Of a stretch of DNA of 27,439 bases, positions 1-8,795 are shown piece by piece. The stretch covers positions 1 through 27,439 of the IMG/VR virus record IMGVR_UViG_3300005837_000527. One strand, given 5' to 3'. The position numbers were made by a program, and so were the translations under genes. The notes below the pieces were generated by a model, which was not told where the DNA came from, made no database searches, and saw only the letters and a list, made by a program, of their open reading frames with translations. Each line of letters begins with the position of its first letter. The stretch's first letter is position 1. This stretch comes from a virus (lineage: Duplodnaviria; Caudoviricetes).

Positions 1-404
1 TCAGCACCATCAGCACCATCAGCACCCGCAGGGCCCGTAGCACCCGCAGGGCCTTGAGGACCCGTAGCGCCTGTAGGTCCACTTAAAGTTTGAGACGCTA
101 CATAGTCTACAATTGCAGCACTTGTGGCAATAGTACTGTCATTGTCGTTGCTTGAAATGTCGTCAGATTCTGTGACTACAAGCGCAGTATGCAACTTACC
201 AAAAGTTACATTTAAATCCGCAAGATTTACAGTATGAATAGCTCCATCTGCAATTTTTGAATTTATTACAGCATCATTTTCAAGTTTATCGGAAGAAATA
301 CTACCATCTTTAATAGAGCTTGCGCCACTTTTTACGCGTCCGGACGAGTCAGTCTCTAGCCCACGAAGCCATTCTGCTAGTTTTCTTCCTTTAGATTTTG
401 ACAT
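1..404 (-). CDS. 5' part of a collagen-repeat fibre/structural protein (runs off the left edge; not in the ORF track)
   Basis: ATG at 404 preceded by AAAGGAG. Hand translation is open to base 1: MSKSKGRKLAEWLRGLETDSSGRVKSG...IADGAIHTVNLADLNVT...SGPTGATGPQGPAGATGPAGADGADGA. Gly-X-Y repeats begin at about base 80. Confidence 0.85.
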   Translation of the reverse strand, partial: MSKSKGRKLAEWLRGLETDSSGRVKSGASSIKDGSISSDKLENDAVINSKIADGAIHTVNLADLNVTFGKLHTALVVTESDDISSNDNDSTIATSAAIVDYVASQTLSGPTGATGPQGPAGATGPAGADGADGA

Positions 405-422
405 TAATTATTCTCCTTTGCC

Positions 423-1781
423 TCAAACGTGATAAGTAAGTGTGAGATCAACGATATCATCGGCCCCACTACTCAGATCGCTAACAAGAACGTTTGAATC
501 AGACAAGCCGTTTCCATTTGCAATAAAATAAAAACGACTTGTAGATTGTGTAACTTTAGGCATTATATGAGTGCGACCGCTACTTGCCCCACTATACGTC
601 CATCCATGATGATTTACATTGCCAACATGACGGCCGTTTGATGCTGAAGTAAATGGAAGATCTATATAAACGGGGGCGGTAGAAGTTAATCCAGTAGTGT
701 CAATATTATTCCACCCATAAAAACTTACTGTTACCATACGACCAATTTTTGTATAATACCCTGTTCTTCCTGGAGAAGCTTGATTGCCTCCAGTACTAGC
801 ATCATATAAGTACGCGGTATAAGTTCCTTCTTCGTAATCGTCCAGAGCGTTAGCGGCGGCTGTGTCAGTACCAAACTTTAAGCCATCGCCGTCGATTGAC
901 ATGCGCTGCACCCCATTGGTGTTAAACGCCATACTATTATTTGAGTGATTATATAATATTCGTCCAGAAGTTGCGCCGTCACCAAAGGTCAAATATCCAA
1001 TACCAGCTGCCGAATCATTAGTGTGGATTAATATGCCACCGCTTCCTGCGGTAGATACCTGCAGCTGTCCTACAGATGTATAGGTTTGTCTCGCAATATT
1101 GCTAGTTGCTATCACTGCACCAGCATTGTTATGGACTGTCAATCCTGCGTCGGGCGATGAGTCGCCAATCCCCACGCGGCCACTGGTGTCGATAGTTAAA
1201 CTGCCAACCGCGGCATCGTTGTTAGAGCTGAAAAGTTCTACTACGCCCGAGTTTTTAAAGTTTACACCCGATCCTCCAGGAACATTGGTAGCAGTAAACC
1301 CGCCTGCCGCACCTGCTGTGGTAGTAATTCTCCCCTGACCAGTCTCGCCATTGAACAATATATCGGCATATTGCTTTTCAATCTCAACATTCTCATTGGC
1401 ATCAATCGTGATAGCCGTTTCTGTAGCGTTATCGTCAATACCAGTTGAAGAAAAAGTTGTAAGGGGGTAATTTAATTGAGCTTCTCCTACAGTATTATCA
1501 GCAGGAGTACCAATACTTAGTACATCTCCAAGTACAAGAATATAATCAATAACATCACTTGCAGTGAGTGCACTTGAAAAAGTAATTGTAGATCCAGAGA
1601 CTGAGTATGCAGTATCGGGCGCCTGGGTAATACCATTTAGAGAAACAATAAGATTTCGGGCACTTGCAGGAAAATATGCAGTACTATTTTGGGTAAGATT
1701 GTAAGTTGCCGTCGCAGAAGTAGTAATACTATCGAGTACTATAAAATTTCCTGCTTGTGGCGATTTTCCTATAAATGCCAT
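423..1781 (-). CDS. Putative tail fibre / receptor-binding protein (452 aa)
   Basis: N-terminal module shared with the 327- and 373-aa ORFs. Has a STGIDDNAT linker, GRVGIG-type beta repeats and a C-terminal LDDYEEGT..YTKIGRMVT domain. RBS GAGGA. Confidence 0.75.
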   Translation of the reverse strand: MAFIGKSPQAGNFIVLDSITTSATATYNLTQNSTAYFPASARNLIVSLNGITQAPDTAYSVSGSTITFSSALTASDVIDYILVLGDVLSIGTPADNTVGEAQLNYPLTTFSSTGIDDNATETAITIDANENVEIEKQYADILFNGETGQGRITTTAGAAGGFTATNVPGGSGVNFKNSGVVELFSSNNDAAVGSLTIDTSGRVGIGDSSPDAGLTVHNNAGAVIATSNIARQTYTSVGQLQVSTAGSGGILIHTNDSAAGIGYLTFGDGATSGRILYNHSNNSMAFNTNGVQRMSIDGDGLKFGTDTAAANALDDYEEGTYTAYLYDASTGGNQASPGRTGYYTKIGRMVTVSFYGWNNIDTTGLTSTAPVYIDLPFTSASNGRHVGNVNHHGWTYSGASSGRTHIMPKVTQSTSRFYFIANGNGLSDSNVLVSDLSSGADDIVDLTLTYHV

Positions 1782-1804
1782 TTTAAATCCTCATTAATAA
1801 AAAA

Positions 1805-2788
1805 TTAAGCTGTGGTGTAATAACTGAAAACTCCCCTAAATTGACCGCTCGTTCCCGACAAATCCACGAAGTTACCGACACTGGCGCGGCTCATAGAGCT
1901 GCTCGTGGAGTCCATTCGGGAAACTACGAAAGCGACAATCTCTCTGAAGTGATATAGCCCTTGAAGTGTTCCCGTTATGTTTCTTCCGTTGTACTGTCCG
2001 ATGCCGGCACCAGTCATGAATGTTCCTGCGAGCTTATCCCTATCTGAAACAGTAAAAGGAAGACCGTCAGTACTTAAATTAAAACTGCCAGCACTGTTTA
2101 AGGCCGTCCACGCCGCAGAAGTTAAGCTAAAATTCGTAACATCAAACCAGCACGTTACCATGTCACCGATTTTTGTATATCGAGAGGTGCTGCCCCAAAC
2201 ATCCACCTCTGAATCGCCTCCAGTAAAATGCCGCTGATCTGAAGCGCTGTTTGCATACCAGAACTTTGGAGTCCATGTGCCCTCTTCGTAATCGTTTAGG
2301 TAATTAGCTGATCCACTACCGCCGATGTAAATACCCGTCGCGGTTAAATTTCCAACAGTAATCGCATTCGTAGTCGTAGCGCCCGCACCTGTTACTGCGC
2401 TAAGAGTAGGAGTAGAACTGGAAATGGTAGAAAAAGAAAGAGTACCAGATCCATTTGTAGTCAGTGCTTGACCATTTGTGCCATCAGAAACGTTAAGTTC
2501 TGTAATTCCTATACTGTTTGCTTCTGCATTTGCAGAGCTAAAAGTTCTCGCAATATACATCACATAGCAAGAATCAGTAGACGCAAGAGCAGATGTAAAC
2601 GTAATTGTGCCTCCAGAAGCCGTATACGCAGAGGTAGGCTCCTGTCGCACGTTGTTTACAAAAACTGCAAGATCATTTGCACTTGCTACAGAATGAGTTA
2701 GAGAGTAGCTAGTTGCTCCTGTTCCTGTAATCGTCTGCTTTGCAACGCTTGCAAATTCTTGTACTGGTTCTACTCCTAAAAATGGCAT
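1805..2788 (-). CDS. Putative tail fibre / receptor-binding protein (327 aa), paralog of the 452-aa ORF
   Basis: Same N-terminal module (LAVFVNNVRQEP..YTASGGTITF). Has a DGTNGQALTTNGSGTLSF motif and a C-terminal LNDYEEGTWTP..YTKIGDMVT domain. Confidence 0.75.
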   Translation of the reverse strand: MPFLGVEPVQEFASVAKQTITGTGATSYSLTHSVASANDLAVFVNNVRQEPTSAYTASGGTITFTSALASTDSCYVMYIARTFSSANAEANSIGITELNVSDGTNGQALTTNGSGTLSFSTISSSTPTLSAVTGAGATTTNAITVGNLTATGIYIGGSGSANYLNDYEEGTWTPKFWYANSASDQRHFTGGDSEVDVWGSTSRYTKIGDMVTCWFDVTNFSLTSAAWTALNSAGSFNLSTDGLPFTVSDRDKLAGTFMTGAGIGQYNGRNITGTLQGLYHFREIVAFVVSRMDSTSSSMSRASVGNFVDLSGTSGQFRGVFSYYTTA

Positions 2789-2797
2789 AATATTCTC

Positions 2798-5278
2798 TTA
2801 GTCTATATCTCGAGTATCTTCAACTACTACTTTTTCGGGTCTTTCATGCTCAATTCGCTCAGGCTCTAGTATAAGGTGACCTTCCGCATCTGTTTTAGTA
2901 CTTGCTTTTATTTCTTCATCTTGTCTTTGACCAATTACTATCCAAAATACTTCATCAGTACAAGTATTGTCTTGAGCAGTAATTGTTAAAATATTTCCGT
3001 TCAAACTACATTTTACGGCTGTAAATCCTTCTTCATTTGTTACTGATCTTCTTATATTTCTATTTAGTGCAACAAATGTTCCTTCAGTCATACCAAACTC
3101 AGTGTCTATATTAATTGTAGCAGATCCATCAACAAGACTGACCATACCGTTGTACATATTATCAGCGCTAGGTCCTTCTATTACTGTATGTACAAGATTA
3201 TGTGTATTTGCAAGTGATGGCAGCGGATGTTTAATTTGGAAATTCTTTGTGCCTCCTACATCTAAATCACCTGCAAGATAATTATCAACACTATCTAAAA
3301 TATAAAGACCATACGCATTTGTTGGCAATCCGCCAGCATAGTTTCCATAATAAAGATAGCTATTGCTAATTGAAACATTTCCTGCGGAGTCATTATCAAA
3401 TTCAGCGGCCACGACATAAGCATTAGTTACTGTTTGCGCTTGACCAGGATTATCGATTTCTATTTCAAATCTTGAGCCATAAACAGACGCATGATCTTTA
3501 TCGGCCGAGGTAGTTAATAAGGTTTTTCCGTATAGTGCATAGTGTGTATTTGATCCACCTGTTCCTGTTGCATATGCGTATGATATAAAATGCCCACCAA
3601 AAACAGAACTAGATCTACCTGTTCCAGTATCATCACCTACACCATAACCATAAACACCGTAGGTATTTGACGTAGTGCCAGTACTGTGTTGAGTTTCTGC
3701 ATATCCATATAAACCGCAAACTAGATCAGCTGTTTGATGAGTACTGCGACAATCAGCTCGAATGCCATAAAGACGAAGTTCATCTGCGGTATTTCCGCCA
3801 GTACCGCTGGCATCCATATCAACAAAAATGCCCGTTTTTGTATAGTCGGCACCGGTCCATTGAGCTTCGGAAGTATTTACATTGACATCCATAAAAAGAT
3901 AATTTCTACCAGATGTCAAATCAGTATCTACAGGGATTATTTCTACACGACCATCTCCTAATATACTAAATATATTATTATCGTTATGATCTCTTATCGC
4001 TAACGGATAATTAGATTGATGATCGTTAATACGTAGAGCAGCTTCTGCTTTTGTAGGAGTAGCTAAGTTATTTTGTCTTTCTATCCATGCTACAGGCGCT
4101 TCATCTGGCGTACCTTGATTATGGTCAACTTTTAAACGTGCACCTGGATTAGTATCGTCAGCAATATTAGCTATAGGCATACCAAAGTGAACTTTTGCAG
4201 GGACTCTTAAATGTCCCTTATAGCTCAATCTCATATATTCATTTAGAGCAGCATCTGTAGTACGTAGCTGCCAAACGAAATTACTACCGTAAGCTTGGTC
4301 ATTTTGAGGTACTAGAGCAAAGCGTCCTGAACGATTAGTACCAGTAGTATTTGTAGCAGGGTTTCCTGTCTCAAACCAAATGCCGGCATATATATCATCT
4401 GTTCCAGCAGCATAATTTTGAACTTGTAAAAGATCTCCCCCTTGTGGGGTATAGGAATTTAAACCAGTTTCAGAAATCGAATATGCCGTTGTATTACTGT
4501 CTCTAATATGTAATAAGGTTTCGGGGGATGCATCGTCTCCGATAAGTATTTTACCGGTATCATAAATTTTAAAACGTATAGTGCCGCTATCATTAATATT
4601 AAAATGAGACCCTGCATTGATGCCCCAATAATCAGAGCTTGAAGCAGATATTCTTAAATCATCACCGGTCACTTGATAAAGATCGAGTTGAACCTGGGGG
4701 TTATTCCAGCCTATACCTACATTACCTCCGGCTTTATTAATAACCAAAGACTCTGCAGCACCATTATTACGTGCTTGAATTTCATTACTATCAAAAGCAA
4801 GGTTGAAGGTTGTTAAACTGCCAAGAGTCAACGGGTTAGTAGTGACTGACAAACTACTTAAGCCAACTTCTGATGGAATTCTTACATTACCATTATTAAT
4901 TACTATATCTGCTTGAGATATGCCGGTAGTAATTGGTAACGATCCCGAAGCAGTTCCTTCCCCGAAACCATATTGACGATTTTCTGCATCATAGAACCAA
5001 TCTACATAAACATTATCATTAGAAGCAGATGCATCGACACCTTCTAATCTTATTCCAGTTATACTGGTATTTGTCGAAGCTAGTCGTGCTATTAGTTGTT
5101 GATCTGTTGCAACACTCAATTTAGCATCAGGGTTTGTATCGCCAATACCAAGATCACCATTAGTATCAATGGTAATCGCAGTGCTTGTAGCATTATCATC
5201 AATACCAGTAGAAGCAAAGCTCGTAAGAACATTGCTTGAAAGATCAATACCTTTTCCAGATAGCTTCGAAAAAGCCAT
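2798..5278 (-). CDS. Long tail fibre / tailspike-like protein (826 aa) with a C-terminal FxIxHP domain
   Basis: STGIDDNATSTAITID linker, repeated G(N/D)(V/L)GIG..(N)P units, periodic G-x-Y-G beta repeats and a C-terminal GGTKNFQIKHPL..HTVIEGP domain. TAATG overlap with the upstream gene. Confidence 0.7.
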   Translation of the reverse strand: MAFSKLSGKGIDLSSNVLTSFASTGIDDNATSTAITIDTNGDLGIGDTNPDAKLSVATDQQLIARLASTNTSITGIRLEGVDASASNDNVYVDWFYDAENRQYGFGEGTASGSLPITTGISQADIVINNGNVRIPSEVGLSSLSVTTNPLTLGSLTTFNLAFDSNEIQARNNGAAESLVINKAGGNVGIGWNNPQVQLDLYQVTGDDLRISASSSDYWGINAGSHFNINDSGTIRFKIYDTGKILIGDDASPETLLHIRDSNTTAYSISETGLNSYTPQGGDLLQVQNYAAGTDDIYAGIWFETGNPATNTTGTNRSGRFALVPQNDQAYGSNFVWQLRTTDAALNEYMRLSYKGHLRVPAKVHFGMPIANIADDTNPGARLKVDHNQGTPDEAPVAWIERQNNLATPTKAEAALRINDHQSNYPLAIRDHNDNNIFSILGDGRVEIIPVDTDLTSGRNYLFMDVNVNTSEAQWTGADYTKTGIFVDMDASGTGGNTADELRLYGIRADCRSTHQTADLVCGLYGYAETQHSTGTTSNTYGVYGYGVGDDTGTGRSSSVFGGHFISYAYATGTGGSNTHYALYGKTLLTTSADKDHASVYGSRFEIEIDNPGQAQTVTNAYVVAAEFDNDSAGNVSISNSYLYYGNYAGGLPTNAYGLYILDSVDNYLAGDLDVGGTKNFQIKHPLPSLANTHNLVHTVIEGPSADNMYNGMVSLVDGSATINIDTEFGMTEGTFVALNRNIRRSVTNEEGFTAVKCSLNGNILTITAQDNTCTDEVFWIVIGQRQDEEIKASTKTDAEGHLILEPERIEHERPEKVVVEDTRDID

Positions 5279-5610
5279 TAGGTGATCTCCATTAATCCTG
5301 CAACAACATCAATTGCACTTGCTGTTCCTGCTTGAACTTTTAAAATATCTCCAGTTTCCAGAATATATTTTTGTCCCTGTAGCACTTCCAACGTTGTATT
5401 TCCAGGTATACTCACACTTTCCAATAGCTGATGTGTAGTGCTTGCAGAGGTATCTGCGAATTGAACTTGTACGGTTACTGAATTACCAGTTTTATTTGCA
5501 AGCGCGACACCAAGAAGTACCGCAGTTGTAGCAGATGGCGCAGTATATAGCGTATCGTACGCTGAGTTATTTACGCTTGCAAGCGCCGCATTTTTAAAAG
5601 TATTTGCCAT
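5278..5610 (-). CDS. Small beta-rich virion/fibre-associated protein (110 aa)
   Basis: ORF MANTFKN..LYTAPSATTA..KYILETGDILKV, tightly coupled to flanking fibre genes. Function unassigned. Confidence 0.6.
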   Translation of the reverse strand: MANTFKNAALASVNNSAYDTLYTAPSATTAVLLGVALANKTGNSVTVQVQFADTSASTTHQLLESVSIPGNTTLEVLQGQKYILETGDILKVQAGTASAIDVVAGLMEIT

Positions 5611-5614
5611 AATT

Positions 5615-6736
5615 TTATCCTAAAGCGATTGCCAGAGCCGTTGCATCGTCTACAGTTGCATATCCAAACGCTTCTGTAATATTAATTTTTCGTCCCATAT
5701 CTATAATATAATCTACTACATCTCCAGTAGAAAGAGCAGGGCTAAATGTAATTGTAGATCCTGAAATTGTAAAGGAGTTACCAGGTTCTTGAGTAATACC
5801 ATTTACAGAAACGGTAAGAGCATTTTCATGTGAAGGAGTATACGCACTAGATCCTACTGTAAGAGAATATGCTGCTTGTCCATTTACAGTTGTTATTGCA
5901 TCAAGTTTAGTAGGATTATGAAGAGTCGCAGTACTCGAAACTGCTATAATTCTTACTTCATCATTCGCCGCAAGAGCAGTACCAAATACTACTGAAGTTC
6001 CATTTGTTGCTGTATAGTCAACTCCGTCGTCCTGTAATACTCCATTAACAAATACCATAATAGAGTTTGCAGCATAGCTAAGAGTTGCAGAGTTAGTATC
6101 AGACCCAGAAAATGTTGTTTGATTTGCACTTGCAGTAAACTCAAACTCAGACATACCTGCATCAGTATACTGATACACTGTGGACGATGCGCCCCCACTT
6201 TGAGCTACCCAATCATAATCTGAACCATTCCAAGATAGTACTTCATTTGTCGCTGCAGTGCTTCTATTTAAATGAGTATCTACATCAGAGTTACTATAGC
6301 CACCTATTGTAATTGTTTTTGTAGCGCCCGTACCAGAGGCGACAACTCCTGCGCCTACAAAATTTAAAGTACTGCCTGCGGTTGATAGAGCGCTACCTTC
6401 ATCCTGTATTGTTAAGGCAGAGCCGGTTGCCGTAGAGGTAATTGTAATTGTATCAGTACTAGCATTTGTAGTAAGCGTAATACCTGTTCCGGCTGCAAGA
6501 GTGAGAGTATCGGTCGCACTATCAGCTACTACATCAGATTGCCCCGATACAGTAATAGTCTTGAAAGCTTCCGAAACTGTTCCACTACTACCTGTACCGT
6601 CCCCAATCGTTTTTATACTACCATTATCATTGATGTATAAAAGCTGGGCAGACGTATCAATGGCGATTTCGCCACTTACAATGTCACTTGTAGTAGGAGT
6701 AGAAGTACCTCTTTTCGGCTTAAGTATTAGCGCCAC
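5615..6736 (-). CDS. Modular fibre/adaptor protein (373 aa)
   Basis: GTG start with AGGAG RBS. N-terminal KRGTSTP..GEIAIDT..LYI motif (Mtd N-terminal-like), two copies of the VNG..Q..(Y/F)T..F..AL module, C-terminal DDATALAIALG. Confidence 0.7.
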   Translation of the reverse strand: MALILKPKRGTSTPTTSDIVSGEIAIDTSAQLLYINDNGSIKTIGDGTGSSGTVSEAFKTITVSGQSDVVADSATDTLTLAAGTGITLTTNASTDTITITSTATGSALTIQDEGSALSTAGSTLNFVGAGVVASGTGATKTITIGGYSNSDVDTHLNRSTAATNEVLSWNGSDYDWVAQSGGASSTVYQYTDAGMSEFEFTASANQTTFSGSDTNSATLSYAANSIMVFVNGVLQDDGVDYTATNGTSVVFGTALAANDEVRIIAVSSTATLHNPTKLDAITTVNGQAAYSLTVGSSAYTPSHENALTVSVNGITQEPGNSFTISGSTITFSPALSTGDVVDYIIDMGRKINITEAFGYATVDDATALAIALG

Positions 6737-6750
6737 AAAAAACTCCTAAA

Positions 6751-8361
6751 TTAGAACGTGCCGCCGTCGAGTGTTGTTGTCCAAGAAGCAGTACCCGCAG
6801 TACCCATAGTAAGTAAGGCATCATCAGCGGTAGGCTTTACAAGTCGAGTATATCCTCCATTTGCTGCAACACCAATTAACACATCACCTACTGCAGTTGC
6901 TGAAATGCCTTTAATTCTTAGGTTATCTGCACTAACCTCAAGAGTAATATTATCGTCATTTACATTTAAGGTATTGCCTGTCTTTGAAAGAGCATCTCCT
7001 GCTGTAATTTGACCTGCACCTGAAAATTGAGATACAGGAAGGTCTGTTGAACCAAGAGTTGGAGTGCCGTTATGGGTAAACACATAGCCATTGTCAGCGT
7101 TTGCAGTCCCCTCTTCAACAAAAGTAAAGGTACCTCCAGTAAGCTCTGCCGCAGAGTCAGCATCAGTTGAACGAGCAGGACTAGCTCCGGCTGTATAAAT
7201 ACCATTCTCACTTGCATCTGTCTGATCTTTTACAAGTACTCTATCACCGTCTGCAAGAGTAACACCATCAATTGTGTCCCCTACATTTAGTGCAGTAGCA
7301 ATTGTAATATTTGCAGTAGTAGCAACTCGTACAGAGGCTTTAACATCCAAACCTGTCTTAACAGCATCTACATATGCTTTTGTAGCAGCATCTTGAGCGC
7401 CTGTTGGATCCGCAACACTTGTAATTCTTGCAGAGCTTGCATCAATTGTACCTGTGCCGTTTGGATCAAGGACAATATTTCCATTTGTATCTGTGCTAGA
7501 AAGAGTATTACCATCAACTGTTAGATTATCGACATTAACAACAGTGAATGTACCCGCTGCTGCGCTATTACCACCAATTACAGTACTATCCATAGTACCG
7601 CCATCAATATCAGGTGTATTGATATCAGGAGAAGTCAGAGTCTTATTTGTAAGAGTTTCTGTACCATCTTGAGTAGCAAGAATTGTTCCTGTACCTGGAA
7701 GAGTTAGTGTATTTGAAGCAGAAGATGAGTGTGGAGCAGCTTGCAGAGTTTGTGCGTGAGCATTTGAAGCACTGCAATAAAATACAATTTTTGAGTCTGA
7801 TCCACCATTTTTAAGATCAATGACTCCATTTGTAATTTTTACTCCACCACTTCCAGTACTATTGTCTCCATTAATATAAAGTGCTTGATCTGCATACACA
7901 TCTTTTGCAAGAGTAATTTTTTCTGCAGCGTTAGTAGTATCTAAAGTTACATAATTATTAGAACCTTCAGAAATTGTAAGAGAGGTTGCAGACCCATCAA
8001 GAATCTTAAATTCAATTGCACCTCCAGTAGCAAGATCAATACTACCAGTAGTAGGATCGATAATTAGATCACCACTTGTAGTAGAAATTGTATTTCCGTC
8101 AAGAGTAATATTGTCAACAAGCCACTCATTAATTTTCTTATTTGAGTCTACTTGTACTAGCTTGCTTGCTTCCAGAGTTCCTGCAGTGGAAGGGAATATG
8201 TCAATATACTCATTACCGCCAATTATAGTTACAGCATTTGAGTTTGCAGGATCACCAATATAGAGTTTACCATCTCCTCCGGTATAAGCTAATTCACCTG
8301 CATTTAGAGTAGCGGGAGCTGTGCTTCCAGTACTTCTTTTGATTTTAATAATTTGAGCCAT
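6751..8361 (-). CDS. Tail fibre-like protein (536 aa)
   Basis: N-terminal IKIKRSTGSTAP..GELAY..KLYIG motif and two DN(I/L)T(L/V)DGNT(I/L)S repeats. Also a DAATKAYVD..VRVATTANI..IDGVTL..GDRVLVKDQTDASENGIY segment typical of phage fibre proteins. Ends TLDGGTF. RBS GGAG. Confidence 0.75.
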   Translation of the reverse strand: MAQIIKIKRSTGSTAPATLNAGELAYTGGDGKLYIGDPANSNAVTIIGGNEYIDIFPSTAGTLEASKLVQVDSNKKINEWLVDNITLDGNTISTTSGDLIIDPTTGSIDLATGGAIEFKILDGSATSLTISEGSNNYVTLDTTNAAEKITLAKDVYADQALYINGDNSTGSGGVKITNGVIDLKNGGSDSKIVFYCSASNAHAQTLQAAPHSSSASNTLTLPGTGTILATQDGTETLTNKTLTSPDINTPDIDGGTMDSTVIGGNSAAAGTFTVVNVDNLTVDGNTLSSTDTNGNIVLDPNGTGTIDASSARITSVADPTGAQDAATKAYVDAVKTGLDVKASVRVATTANITIATALNVGDTIDGVTLADGDRVLVKDQTDASENGIYTAGASPARSTDADSAAELTGGTFTFVEEGTANADNGYVFTHNGTPTLGSTDLPVSQFSGAGQITAGDALSKTGNTLNVNDDNITLEVSADNLRIKGISATAVGDVLIGVAANGGYTRLVKPTADDALLTMGTAGTASWTTTLDGGTF

Positions 8362-8381
8362 TTATAGTCTCCAAATAAGCC

Positions 8382-8795
8382 TTAAAAGGCTCCGCCGTCA
8401 AGAGTGTCAGAGTCGGGTGAAATGTTCCCTACCATTATAGGAACCCATTCAAAGACTCCACTACTCGTTTCACGGTATACTTTTAATTGATTGTCGTCGG
8501 TATCGTACCACGTATCTCCCTCTTCTATAAAATTTCCAGTAGGAGTAGAATCGCCACGAAAGTTTTGATCTGCAAGTTCTTTCAGAGCGTTATCTAAAAA
8601 CCCTCCAGAAATTGTATTATATCCACTTACAGTTACGCTGGATGCGTCAATTACACCTGGAACTGCGAGAGGAATTGCCAAAGAATACGCCTGAATCGTA
8701 GTAACATCATCAGTAAGATTAATCGTAATCTGATCACTACTGGCTGTGATTTCTGTTATATTCTCAGTTACTTCAATTACTGCAGGCCCTGTCAT
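8382..8795 (-). CDS. Small fibre-attachment/adaptor protein (137 aa)
   Basis: P..EGDTWYDTDDNQLKVY motif. Ends TLDGGAF. ATGA overlap with the upstream collar-like gene. Confidence 0.6.
   Translation of the reverse strand: MTGPAVIEVTENITEITASSDQITINLTDDVTTIQAYSLAIPLAVPGVIDASSVTVSGYNTISGGFLDNALKELADQNFRGDSTPTGNFIEEGDTWYDTDDNQLKVYRETSSGVFEWVPIMVGNISPDSDTLDGGAF

Noticed and set aside
423-5278. Diversity-generating retroelement acting on the fibre tips
   Set aside because: No reverse transcriptase and no ~100-bp repeat pair differing only at adenines were seen in the window. Elements elsewhere in the genome cannot be excluded.
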